Below are positions 16,473 to 25,324 of a stretch of DNA of 55,253 nt, in pieces. A program made the position numbers and the translations under genes. Every line of letters starts with the position of its first letter. Within the stretch, counting starts at the first letter, position 1. Under the pieces are notes generated by a model. It did no database searches and had not been told where the DNA came from. It saw only the letters and a program-made list of their open reading frames with translations. Origin of the DNA: a virus (Duplodnaviria; Caudoviricetes); IMG/VR virus record IMGVR_UViG_3300033052_000029, positions 1 to 55,253 of that record; one strand, given 5' to 3'.

Positions 16473-16763
16473 CAAGGCAGCCTCATCCTCCATAACCCAC
16501 TGGAGGGTGGGCGCGCCGCGTCTTCCTGGACCTTCCTGCGCGGAAGGTCCGCTTCCCTCGCCAACTCCAGTCATAAGCCACTCCGGGGTAGTCCCTAGCA
16601 CCTCGGCGACCCGCTGCATCCGATCCCGTTTGGGTGCGGTGCCGCCTTCCTTTTCCCACTGCTGAATAGTCTGCCAGACCACGCCAACCTCTTTGGCGAA
16701 GGCCTCCTGGCTCGAGAAGCCGCGCTCGATGCGCTTCTGCCTGATGCGTTGATGAATGCTCAT
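16365..16763 (-). CDS. cI: CI-like XRE repressor, 132 aa, no S24 peptidase domain
   Basis: RIRQKR...SQEAFAKEVGVVWQTIQQWEK...AEVLGTTPEWLMTG; divergent from the cro-like gene. Confidence 0.88.
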   Translation of the reverse strand: MSIHQRIRQKRIERGFSSQEAFAKEVGVVWQTIQQWEKEGGTAPKRDRMQRVAEVLGTTPEWLMTGVGEGSGPSAQEGPGRRGAPTLQWVMEDEAALLSAYRAKTESGKHSLRVMLDALPDADLSAIDHKGK

Positions 16764-16773
16764 CTCGCAACTA

Positions 16774-16838
16774 TACAAAGCAAAACTAGCATCTGCACCA
16801 CAAAAATTCCTTGTGTTTGCTAGATTTTCTAGTACACT
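16774..16838. promoter_or_regulatory. OR operators and pR
   Basis: Three CTAG-N5-CTAG-type sites (16777-16789, 16801-16813, 16820-16832) matching the pL operators; TTGTGT-16-TACACT promoter candidate. Confidence 0.75.
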
Positions 16839-16845
16839 ATAGGTC

Positions 16846-17091
16846 ATGGATACCTCATCTCAAAAAGCTCTTTCAAGGGCGATCGCGCAATACCCGACCC
16901 TCAAGGCGTTTTCCGATGCGCTGGAGGTCCGCTACCAGGTCGTGCAGCAGTGGCTTGTCAACGGCGTCCCACCGGAGTACTGCCCAGAGATCGAGAAGCT
17001 GACCGGCGAGCGTTGCGAGGACTTGAACAGCAAGGTCGATTGGGCATTCGTACGATCGAACAAACCGCGCCGGCCCAGGCGCCGGGCTTGA
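16846..17091 (+). CDS. cro: Cro/YdaS-like HTH regulator
   Basis: LKAFSDALEVRYQVVQQW..GVPPEYCPEIEKLTG..CEDL...VDW. Confidence 0.85.
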   Translation: MDTSSQKALSRAIAQYPTLKAFSDALEVRYQVVQQWLVNGVPPEYCPEIEKLTGERCEDLNSKVDWAFVRSNKPRRPRRRA

Positions 17092-17322
17092 GACATCAAG
17101 GCATTGAAGCAAAGGCATCTGCTTGAGACAGAGGGGTTCGTGCGCCGCTAAGTCAAGCGTCTCGAACCGGTACGAAGGATCACCGCTCGGAACGATGACG
17201 CAGTAGTTCCGAAGCAGGCCCGGTGCAAGGGCCGAGAAGTTGAAGAAGTAGATTGACACAGTATCCATTTCCGGCCCCTTGTGTTTGGTGATCACACAGT
17301 AATCCCGACGGAGTCAAAAAGA

Positions 17323-17886
17323 ATGCGCAACGAATCGCAACCAACCTTGATCAGCATTGTTCGCGCCGCTGTCGATGAATGGCGCCGTCGCGAGGGCTGG
17401 AGCCGTGAAAGCGTGGTCCACGAGATCACCATCAAACACGAAGAAATCGGCGGTCCTAGCGTCACTGGCATTGTGTTTGACCCGCAGACGCGCGATACGT
17501 TCCAGCGAATGAAAGTTAATTCGGACCGCGTGTACCGGTGGCTTGACGATGTGACCAAAGACTGCACGCTGCTGCCTGCGAACTTCCTGCCCTCGGTCCT
17601 GGCTGCACTGCCGACCGACCTGCAGCTGCAGTGCGCATCGCAGATCCTGCGCCCGCTGGGCCTCGATGTATGCCGCACCGAGAACGTCGCAGGCGCCACC
17701 TTCAATCCGACCGTGCACGCCACGTCGATCATCAAGGAAGGCGCGGAGGCGGCCACCAAGATGCTCGAGATTGGCGCCAATCCAACCCCGGCGCAGATCG
17801 AGCAGGTACGCAAGGAAGTCACTGATGTCGCCGAATGCGCCGCCGCCACTCTGCGCGCGCTGCCGGCCGGTCCCACCAAACATTGA
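17323..17886 (+). CDS. Regulator in the cII position (CII/YdaT-like by synteny)
   Basis: 187 aa, follows cro; RVYRWLDD...LLPANF segment. Confidence 0.55.
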   Translation: MRNESQPTLISIVRAAVDEWRRREGWSRESVVHEITIKHEEIGGPSVTGIVFDPQTRDTFQRMKVNSDRVYRWLDDVTKDCTLLPANFLPSVLAALPTDLQLQCASQILRPLGLDVCRTENVAGATFNPTVHATSIIKEGAEAATKMLEIGANPTPAQIEQVRKEVTDVAECAAATLRALPAGPTKH

Positions 17887-17900
17887 TCAAGGAGCGAACC

Positions 17901-18365
17901 ATGGCACGCACCAAGTCGGGACAGAAAAGCGCGGCACGCACTGCTGCGAAGGTCATGAAGGCCATCGCCGAGGGCTACGAGCTGTCGGTCGAAATCGCCC
18001 AGCGCATGAACGTGGCGCGCGAGACGGTCGACACCTGCCTGCGCAAGCTCGAGATCAGCGGCGACGTGCACCGCATCTGCATCACGCCGGAGGGCGGCAA
18101 GCGCTATAACAATTTCTGGCGCCTCGGACCGGGCCTCGAGGACAGCGAGACCCACTGCGTGCGCCGCGGCGACCGCGCGATCATCCGCCTGGTTTCGACC
18201 TATCCAGTCGTCGGCGTGCGCGATCCGCTGGTGGCTGCCCTGTTCGGCGCGCCAGGCGCCAAGCCGCAGGCCTTGACGCACTCCGCGCCACGCTGCACTG
18301 CTTGCGGCATGGAGCAGGGCGCCGGACATGCCGTGAACTGCCTCGTGCAGCTGGTGGCAGCATGA
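17901..18365 (+). CDS. Winged-HTH protein
   Basis: SVEIAQRMNVARETVDTCLRKLEISGDV; AAGGAG RBS. Confidence 0.7.
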   Translation: MARTKSGQKSAARTAAKVMKAIAEGYELSVEIAQRMNVARETVDTCLRKLEISGDVHRICITPEGGKRYNNFWRLGPGLEDSETHCVRRGDRAIIRLVSTYPVVGVRDPLVAALFGAPGAKPQALTHSAPRCTACGMEQGAGHAVNCLVQLVAA

Positions 18366-18859
18366 AAACCACGAAGCCCCTCAAGCCCGGCAAGCCGTTG
18401 GTCCGCAAGACGCCCATGGCACGCACCGGCACGCTGCGCGTCGCCTCAACTCAGCTCAAGTCGCGCGTCGCCGGCAAGGTCGAAGAGGGCCAGCCGAAGC
18501 CGCGCCAGGTAACGCGCATGAAGTCGCGCGGCCCGAAGATGACGCCGATCCGCCGCGCCGCGCGCAACCAGGAATGCCAGCTGCAGATCCTGGGCGTGTG
18601 CAATGGGGACCCGTCGACCACCGTTCTGTGCCACTCGAACCAGCTCGCAGCCGGCAAAGGCATGGGCTTGAAGGCACCCGACACCGAGGCGTGCTTCGGC
18701 TGCTCGTCCTGTCACGACGTTCTAGATGGCCGCGCGCCGCGTCCTGCTGGCATGTCGATGGACGACCTGCTGCAGGCCTTCACCTACGCCCGAAAGCGCA
18801 CTCACGCGATCCTGGCCTTCATGGGCCTGATGGAGAGCAAGGAGGATTTGCCATGCTGA
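18362..18859 (+). CDS. DUF1364/YbcO-like Zn-binding putative nuclease
   Basis: AARNQECQLQILGVCNGDPSTTVLCH...GMGLK.PD...CSSCHDVLDGR. Confidence 0.8.
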   Translation: MKTTKPLKPGKPLVRKTPMARTGTLRVASTQLKSRVAGKVEEGQPKPRQVTRMKSRGPKMTPIRRAARNQECQLQILGVCNGDPSTTVLCHSNQLAAGKGMGLKAPDTEACFGCSSCHDVLDGRAPRPAGMSMDDLLQAFTYARKRTHAILAFMGLMESKEDLPC

Positions 18860-19071
18860 CCTATTCGACCTACGGCCCCGACGCCGAGGGCATGTACCAC
18901 GTCGGTTACCGGCTGCCGTTCGCGCCGAACATCTTCGTGTCGGCGTCGTTCTCACGCAGCGAGAAGGTGGCAGAAGAGGCATGCGTGATCCTGAATGAAG
19001 CACAGGTTGTCGGCCTGCGCGAGGCACTTGTGCGCAATGCGAACATGATCGCGCGGGAAGAGGAGAAGTAA
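18853..19071 (+). CDS. Hypothetical protein
   Basis: 72 aa, GGAGG RBS. Confidence 0.6.
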   Translation: MLTYSTYGPDAEGMYHVGYRLPFAPNIFVSASFSRSEKVAEEACVILNEAQVVGLREALVRNANMIAREEEK

Positions 19072-19072
19072 C

Positions 19073-19606
19073 GTGGCAAACGGTATCGACTGGTTCCGCT
19101 GGCATCACGGCAGCGTCAACGACCCGAAATTCGGCCTGGTGGCCAAGAAGGCGGGCGCGCGCGTCGGTGACGTCATCGCCGTCTGGGCCCTGGTGCTCGA
19201 GCAGGCGCGCGCGAACGTCAAGCGTGGCGAGATCGGCGATGTGGACCACGAGGCTACCGACTTCCTGCTTGGCGCCGAGGACGGCACGACGGCACGCATC
19301 CTGGAAGCCATGCGCGCCCGCGGCCTGATCACCGGGAATCGCCTGGCCGCACCGAAGCGCTACATCCCCTCGATCAGCAATCGCCCGACGACTGACGTTT
19401 GGGCTGCACTTCGAAGCGCAATCTTTGGACGCGACGACTACACCTGCCAATACTGCGGCGCGCGCGGCGTCAAACTGGAGTGCGACCACGTTGACCCGGT
19501 AGCCAACGGTGGCTCGCACGACCCCTCCAATCTGGTGACGGCCTGCTTCAAGTGCAACCGCAGCAAGGGTAGCAAAACGCTGGCCGAATGGAGGACATAT
19601 GGCTAA
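19073..19606 (+). CDS. Initiator-like N-terminal domain fused to an HNH endonuclease
   Basis: WFRWHHGSVNDPKF N-terminus; RDDYTCQYCG...CDHVDP...GG....NLVTACFKCNRSKG. Confidence 0.88.
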   Translation: MANGIDWFRWHHGSVNDPKFGLVAKKAGARVGDVIAVWALVLEQARANVKRGEIGDVDHEATDFLLGAEDGTTARILEAMRARGLITGNRLAAPKRYIPSISNRPTTDVWAALRSAIFGRDDYTCQYCGARGVKLECDHVDPVANGGSHDPSNLVTACFKCNRSKGSKTLAEWRTYG

Positions 19607-20423
19607 CCAGTGGCTGCGCCTATGGCATGACCTGCCAAACGACCCCAAATGGCGCACGATCGCGCGCGTCTCGAAGCAGAGCATTGGAAACGTGGTGGCT
19701 GTGTACGTGCACCTGCTTGTGAACGCATCGAACGCAAGCGAACGCGGGAGAACTCAAAACGTATCCAGTGAGGACATAGCGAGCGCACTCGACGTGGATA
19801 CCGAACAGGTAGACGCAATTCTGAGTGCGATGCAGGGCCGTGTGCTGGACGGTGACCGCATTAGCGGATGGAACAGACGCCAGCCTGAGCGTGAAGATGG
19901 AGCCGCTGAACGGGCCAAAGCATGGCGTGAGGCGAAAAAGGCTGAGAAGGAAGCCTTGTCGAACGCGGGTCAAACGCATGCGAACGCAAGCGAACGCAAA
20001 CAAACGCCAGATAAAGAGAAGAGTAGAGAAGAACAGAAAGAACCCCCCAAACCCCCCGCCGGGGGGCTCACCGTGGTCCCACCGCCTGAAGGCAAAGTCA
20101 AGACCCGCGGCATCGCCCTGAAGACCTTTCTGGCTGACTGCGAAGCTCAAGGCCTGCGCCCCATGCGCGACTACGAGCCGCTCTGGAAGTACACCGAGTC
20201 GGCCAAGCTCCCACGCGAGTTCGTCGTGCTGGCCTGGGCTGAATTCGTTCGACGCTTCGGCGCCGGCGGCGTCAAGGAAGCGAACCTGCAGAAGGACTGG
20301 CGAAAGACCTTCCGCAACTACGTCGAGAACAACTACCTGCGGCTCTGGAGCATCAGCGCCGACGGCGAGTACTACCTCACCCCCCAGGGCAAGCAGGCCC
20401 AAACCGTAGCGGAGGCAGCATGA
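19599..20423 (+). CDS. Phage replication initiator (O-like) containing the origin
   Basis: WLRLWHDLPNDPKW N-terminus, internal iterons, KDWRKTFRNYV C-terminal motif; upstream of the helicase. Confidence 0.8.
   Translation: MANQWLRLWHDLPNDPKWRTIARVSKQSIGNVVAVYVHLLVNASNASERGRTQNVSSEDIASALDVDTEQVDAILSAMQGRVLDGDRISGWNRRQPEREDGAAERAKAWREAKKAEKEALSNAGQTHANASERKQTPDKEKSREEQKEPPKPPAGGLTVVPPPEGKVKTRGIALKTFLADCEAQGLRPMRDYEPLWKYTESAKLPREFVVLAWAEFVRRFGAGGVKEANLQKDWRKTFRNYVENNYLRLWSISADGEYYLTPQGKQAQTVAEAA
19960..20042 (+). repeat. Origin iterons plus purine-rich tract
   Basis: Five C(G/A)AACGC units at ~10-bp period (19960, 19971, 19981, 19991, 20001) then an A/G-rich run; three more units at 19721-19748. 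Confidence 0.75.
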
Positions 20424-21265
20424 AACGCGACTTGACCACGATGGAGTTGGACCTGGGGGCCGAATGTAGCGAACTGGTGCCCGAGCAAGTCCGCAACCTG
20501 ATCGCACGTGGCGCGCTGTTCGTGGTGAATCACAGTGGCGGCAAGGACTCCCAGGCGATGTACCTGCTGCTGCGCCAGCATGTCCCAGCCGGACAGTTGG
20601 CGATCGTGCACGCCGACCTGGGCGCTGTCGAGTGGGCTGGGGCGTATGAACACATCCGCGCTACCACGGCGGGCGAGCCGGTCCACGTCTGCCGGGCGCG
20701 CCGCACCCTGCTGGAGATGATCGAGCAGCGCGGCATGTTCCCATCGCCTCAGCAGCGGCAGTGCACCAGTGACCTGAAGCGCGGTCCGATCGAGCGAACC
20801 ATTCGCGAGATCACCCGGGCACGCAAAGAGGCCGGGCACCCAGCCTGGGGGCTGATCGTCAACTGCATGGGGATGCGCGCCGAGGAGTCGGCGAACCGCG
20901 CCAAGCTGGTGACGTTCAAGCTGCACGCCGGGAACAGCAAGGCGGGCCGCGAATGGTACGACTGGCTACCGATCCACGCCTGGACGGAAACCGAGGTGTT
21001 CGCCGCTATCGCTGCCGCAGGCCAGAGGCCGCATGTGATCTACAGCCTCGGTATGCGCCGCTTCTCGTGCGTCTTCTGCATCTACGCTACTGACGAAGAT
21101 CTCGCCACGGCCGCCACTCTCGCGACGACCCGGCCCGAGCTCGTCAACGACCCGGACATCTACCGCAAGTATTCCGGCCTGGAGCGCAGCACTGGCCAGG
21201 TAATGATGATGCCGAAAAATGGCGTCCGCCGCTCCCTGGAGCAGATCACTGGAGTCGCCGCATGA
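20420..21265 (+). CDS. PAPS-reductase-family (PP-loop) protein
   Basis: SGGKDS, CTSDLK, GMRAEES..R, LPIHAW, SCVFC. Confidence 0.88.
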   Translation: MKRDLTTMELDLGAECSELVPEQVRNLIARGALFVVNHSGGKDSQAMYLLLRQHVPAGQLAIVHADLGAVEWAGAYEHIRATTAGEPVHVCRARRTLLEMIEQRGMFPSPQQRQCTSDLKRGPIERTIREITRARKEAGHPAWGLIVNCMGMRAEESANRAKLVTFKLHAGNSKAGREWYDWLPIHAWTETEVFAAIAAAGQRPHVIYSLGMRRFSCVFCIYATDEDLATAATLATTRPELVNDPDIYRKYSGLERSTGQVMMMPKNGVRRSLEQITGVAA

Positions 21266-22620
21266 ACGATTCCAAGCCCCTGCCGTACAGCGCCGAAGCC
21301 GAGCAATCCGTCCTCGGCGCGCTCCTGATCGACAACAACGCCATCGACCGGATCGGCGACCTGCGCGCGGAGCATTTCTTCCTGGCCGACCACGCGGTGA
21401 TCTTCGACGAGATCAACCGCCAGCTCGCCGCCGGCAAGCGGGTCGACCTGATCTCGGTCATGGTCCCGCTGCAGGGCAAGGTCGAGGACGTCGGCGCCTA
21501 CCTGAACCGCCTGGTGCAGGCCACACCCTCTTCGGCGAACGTGTCCCGCTACGCCACCATCGTGCGCGACAAGGCCATCAAGCGCGGCCTGATCGCATTC
21601 GGTCGGGATGTGGGCGAGGAAGCGTACGGGCCGCAGGAGGCTGCTGGCCTGTTGGACGCCGCCAGCTCGCGCCTGGAGAAGCTGGCCGAGGCGCGCGTCA
21701 AGCAGGATCCGGTCAAGGTAGCCGACGACCTGGCGAACCACGTCGGCGAAATCCAGAGCCGACTCGAGGGCGGTCCGAGCGCGATCCCGACCGGATTCGT
21801 CGACCTCGATCGCCGGCTTAACGGCGGCATCCGTCGCGGCGAGTTGATCGTCCTGGCCGGCCGCCCGGCGATGGGCAAGACCGCGCTGGCCATGAACATC
21901 GCCCTGAACATAGCCCGCGACTACGCGGTCCTGTTCCTGTCGATGGAGATGCCGCGCACGCAGCTGCACGACCGGAACATCGCCAACATCGGCAAGATCC
22001 CGCTGCCGCACATCCTGCAGCCGGCCAACATGACCGATCTGGATTGGGAGCATCTCAGTTATGCGGCCGGGAAGCTCACCGAACTGAACCTCTACATCGA
22101 CGACCAGGGCGGCCTGCGCCTGCTCGACGTGCGCATGAAGGCCAAAGGGGTCAAGCGCCGCCACGGCCTCGACCTGCTCGTGATCGACTACCTGCAGCTG
22201 ATGGAGGGCGAGGGCGACAACCGCAACGCGCAGATCGAGGCGATCACCCGCGGCCTGAAGTCGCTGGCCAAGGAGCTCGAGATCGGCGTGATCCTGTTGT
22301 CGCAGCTGAACCGCAAGGTCGAGGAGCGTCCGAACAAGCGCCCGCTGCCGTCGGACCTGCGCGACTCCGGCGCCATCGAGCAGGACGCCGACGCCCTCGT
22401 GTTCCCGTACCGGGACGAGGTCTACAACCCCGACTCGCCCGACAAGGGGATCTGCGAGGTCGGCATGCCGAAGATTCGCATGGGCGAGCCCGGCACCGTC
22501 GCGCTGACCTACCTGGGCGAGCTCACCCGCTTTGAAAACTGCGCCAGGTGGGTGCAGCGCGCGCCGGAGGATCGCCGCCAGTCTGGCCGCGGCCTGTCGA
22601 AGCACCTGGACCGCATGTAA
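21262..22620 (+). CDS. dnaB: Replicative DNA helicase
   Basis: AEQSVLGALL, GRPAMGKT, FLSMEM, IDYLQL, LSQLNR, DLRDSGAIEQDAD. Confidence 0.96.
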   Translation: MNDSKPLPYSAEAEQSVLGALLIDNNAIDRIGDLRAEHFFLADHAVIFDEINRQLAAGKRVDLISVMVPLQGKVEDVGAYLNRLVQATPSSANVSRYATIVRDKAIKRGLIAFGRDVGEEAYGPQEAAGLLDAASSRLEKLAEARVKQDPVKVADDLANHVGEIQSRLEGGPSAIPTGFVDLDRRLNGGIRRGELIVLAGRPAMGKTALAMNIALNIARDYAVLFLSMEMPRTQLHDRNIANIGKIPLPHILQPANMTDLDWEHLSYAAGKLTELNLYIDDQGGLRLLDVRMKAKGVKRRHGLDLLVIDYLQLMEGEGDNRNAQIEAITRGLKSLAKELEIGVILLSQLNRKVEERPNKRPLPSDLRDSGAIEQDADALVFPYRDEVYNPDSPDKGICEVGMPKIRMGEPGTVALTYLGELTRFENCARWVQRAPEDRRQSGRGLSKHLDRM

Positions 22621-22652
22621 CCGGATCACCGTCCCACCATACGGAGGAAACG

Positions 22653-23354
22653 ATGGCAGGAAACAGTCAGAAGAAGCACGGCAGGCAGCAGGAGCAGCGC
22701 ATCATCGTCAGCCTGCAGCAGCAGCCCAAGAGCACGAAGCAGCTGGCCGACGCGCTGGGCATGGGACGGTCGAACACGGCCATCTACCTCGCTCGCATGC
22801 GCGCCGAGCCGCGCCGCGTGTTCATCTGCGGCTACGAGAAGCAGGCGGGCCGCCCTACGCCGATCTATGCCGCCGGCTGCCGCCCCGACGTCGAGTACGT
22901 GCCGCTTAGCCGCCCGACACCGAAAACTAGCCATGCCCAGCGCCTCGAACAGACACTAGCGTTGCTGAGCGAAAAGCCGCGCACCCTGCGCGAGTTGGGC
23001 CCGGCGATGAATGTCGTACCAGGCGCCGCCGGAAAGTTCGTCCGCATCCTGCGCACAGCCAAGCAGGTGCGCATCGCCGGCTGGCGACACCCGTCCGCAG
23101 TCAGCCCGAACGGCACCGGAGGCGACTGGGCGCCGGTCTACGCCATCGGCAGCGCGCCGGATGCGCCGAAGCCGCCGCGCGAGACCAGCAAGGAGCGTAA
23201 CGCGCGCCTACACAAGAACAAGGACTACCGCGCCGCCCGCAACAAGGCGCGCCGCGATCGGTATCAGGTCGAGAAGGTGGTCAAGAAGCATACGAAGGCA
23301 GGGCCGCAGCCGTGGTTCGCGGCGCTGGTCAATGTCGGCGGGAGCGCGGCATGA
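22653..23354 (+). CDS. Tandem winged-HTH protein
   Basis: Two similar units ending PIYAAG..PD and PVYAIG..PD. Confidence 0.7.
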   Translation: MAGNSQKKHGRQQEQRIIVSLQQQPKSTKQLADALGMGRSNTAIYLARMRAEPRRVFICGYEKQAGRPTPIYAAGCRPDVEYVPLSRPTPKTSHAQRLEQTLALLSEKPRTLRELGPAMNVVPGAAGKFVRILRTAKQVRIAGWRHPSAVSPNGTGGDWAPVYAIGSAPDAPKPPRETSKERNARLHKNKDYRAARNKARRDRYQVEKVVKKHTKAGPQPWFAALVNVGGSAA

Positions 23355-23569
23355 GCCGAGGCGACGACCACCAGCCCTGCGGCATGTGCGCGAAGTTCAC
23401 CCGCTACGGCCACGCCGAGCAGGCCGCGCAGGGCCGCGGCTGGTGCACCGGCTACGAACGCTACGTGCACGCGACAGACCGGCCAAGCGTGTTGTTCCGG
23501 CCGGCGCCGGCGGGGCAGGTGGGCGAGCGGCAGACATTTTTGGAGCAGCACAGTAAGGAGGCAGCATGA
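23351..23569 (+). CDS. Small Cys-containing protein
   Basis: CGMC...GWC; ATGA overlaps on both sides. Confidence 0.6.
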   Translation: MSRGDDHQPCGMCAKFTRYGHAEQAAQGRGWCTGYERYVHATDRPSVLFRPAPAGQVGERQTFLEQHSKEAA

Positions 23570-24033
23570 TGATTCTCGCCATCGATCCCGGCACAACCGA
23601 ATCAGGATATTGCATTTACGACGGCGTGCGCGTGTTCGAGTCTGGCGTCCTGCCGAATGTCGACATGCTCGTGCGCGTCCAACAGTGGCCAACCCAGCGC
23701 CTGGCTATCGAAATGATTGCCAGCTATGGCATGGCTGTTGGCCGGGAAGTCTTTGAAACCTGCGTCTGGATTGGTCGCTTTCAGCAGGCATGGCGACACC
23801 CCGGCGCCGTTGAGCTGATCTATCGCCGCGACGTCAAGCTGCACCTGTGCGGCACCAGCCAGGCGAAGGATCCGAACATCCGCCAAGCGCTGCTTGACCT
23901 GTTTCCGCGCACCGGCGGCGGCAAAACGCCGCAGATCGGCACAAAGGCTCAGCCCGGGCCACTGTACGGAGTTTCGAGCCACGCATGGTCAGCGTTGGGC
24001 GTGGCGATAACCGCAGCATCACAACAACCCTAA
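23566..24033 (+). CDS. RuvC-like (RNase H fold) putative Holliday junction resolvase
   Basis: ILAIDPGTTESG, AIE, VKLHLCG...AKD. Confidence 0.7.
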   Translation: MMILAIDPGTTESGYCIYDGVRVFESGVLPNVDMLVRVQQWPTQRLAIEMIASYGMAVGREVFETCVWIGRFQQAWRHPGAVELIYRRDVKLHLCGTSQAKDPNIRQALLDLFPRTGGGKTPQIGTKAQPGPLYGVSSHAWSALGVAITAASQQP

Positions 24034-24045
24034 GAGGAAAACGAT

Positions 24046-25260
24046 ATGTGGCTCAAAAACCTGCAAGTCTATCGCCTGCCCGCGCCTTGGGCATTCACGC
24101 CGGAGCAGATGCAGTCGGCGCTCCAGTCGCAAGCCTTCACGCCGGCATGCAGCAGCGAACTCCTGCGCAGCGGTTGGGTATCGCCGAGCGATAACGAGCA
24201 GCTCGTGCACACAGTGAACCGGCAGATGATCTTGTGCTTGCGCACCGAGAAAAAGCTGCTGCCGAGCTCGGTCATCAACCAGGTCGCCAAGGCCAAGGCC
24301 GCCGAGCTGGAAGAGCAGCAGGGCTTCCCGCCGGGTAAGAAGGCGATGAAGGAACTGAAGGAGTGCGTGGCCGACGAACTACTGCCGCGCGCATTCTCGG
24401 TGCAAAAGGACACCTGGGTCTGGATTGACCCGGTCAACGGCTGGCTCGTCGTGGACACGCCGGCGCCATCCCGCGCTGATGATGTGATCAAGATGCTGCT
24501 CAAGGCTGTCGATAAGATGCCGCTCGAATCACTGCGCGTGCAACGCTCGCCGGTAGCCGCGATGACCGGTTGGCTCGAGGCCGACGAAGCGCCGCATGGT
24601 TTCACGGTCGACCAGGACGCCGAACTGCGCGCCACCGGCGAGAGCCGCGCAAAGGTGCGTTACGTGAAGCACTCGCTTGATCCCGAGGATGTCCGCCGGC
24701 ACATCGCCGCCGGCAAGCAGTCGACCCGCCTGGCCATGACCTGGGAGGACCGCGTGTCATTCGTCCTGACCGAGTCGCTGGCGATCAAGTCGGTCAAGCC
24801 GCTCGCGATCATCCAGGAGAGCGAAGCTGTCGCGTACAGCGACGATGAGCGCTTCGACAACGATATCACCCTCATGACTGCCGAGCTGTCGCGCATGCTG
24901 GCCGACATCGTCAACGCCCTGGGCGGCGAGGTGAGCCTCGACGGAGTCCGCGAGGTCGCGCCGGCGGACGTTGGTGACGCGCCGCGGCTGCGCTACCAGT
25001 TGCAGGACGAGAAGGCCGGCAGCGAGTCACTGCGGGGCGACGAGGGCGTGATGCTGCAATTTCCGGGCGCCGAAGAGGATGAGCTTTACGGCCAGGCGGT
25101 GCGTGTCGTGCAGGCCCAGCAGCGCGCATCGATCTCGCTGATCCAACGGCACCTGCGCATCGGGTACAACCGCGCGGCGCGCTTGCTCGAGCAGATGGAA
25201 AAGGCCGGCGTCGTCTCCGTCATGCAGCGAGACGGCAGCCGAACGATCTTGGCTGCCTAG
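24046..25260 (+). CDS. rdgC: RdgC fused to a C-terminal FtsK gamma domain
   Basis: [42 protein letters not shown]; tail DELYGQAV...[31 protein letters not shown]. Confidence 0.92.
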   Translation: MWLKNLQVYRLPAPWAFTPEQMQSALQSQAFTPACSSELLRSGWVSPSDNEQLVHTVNRQMILCLRTEKKLLPSSVINQVAKAKAAELEEQQGFPPGKKAMKELKECVADELLPRAFSVQKDTWVWIDPVNGWLVVDTPAPSRADDVIKMLLKAVDKMPLESLRVQRSPVAAMTGWLEADEAPHGFTVDQDAELRATGESRAKVRYVKHSLDPEDVRRHIAAGKQSTRLAMTWEDRVSFVLTESLAIKSVKPLAIIQESEAVAYSDDERFDNDITLMTAELSRMLADIVNALGGEVSLDGVREVAPADVGDAPRLRYQLQDEKAGSESLRGDEGVMLQFPGAEEDELYGQAVRVVQAQQRASISLIQRHLRIGYNRAARLLEQMEKAGVVSVMQRDGSRTILAA

Positions 25261-25324
25261 GTCCGATCCGAACTGAACACCGCCACGCCGCCCGGCGAAG
25301 AGGACGGCAAAGGAGGAGAGCAGC

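Noticed and set aside
21160-22629. 489-aa minus-strand ORF (likewise 29531..30694, 34938..35909, 43174..44610)
   Set aside because: Mirror frames of dnaB, terL, capsid and tape measure caused by codon bias
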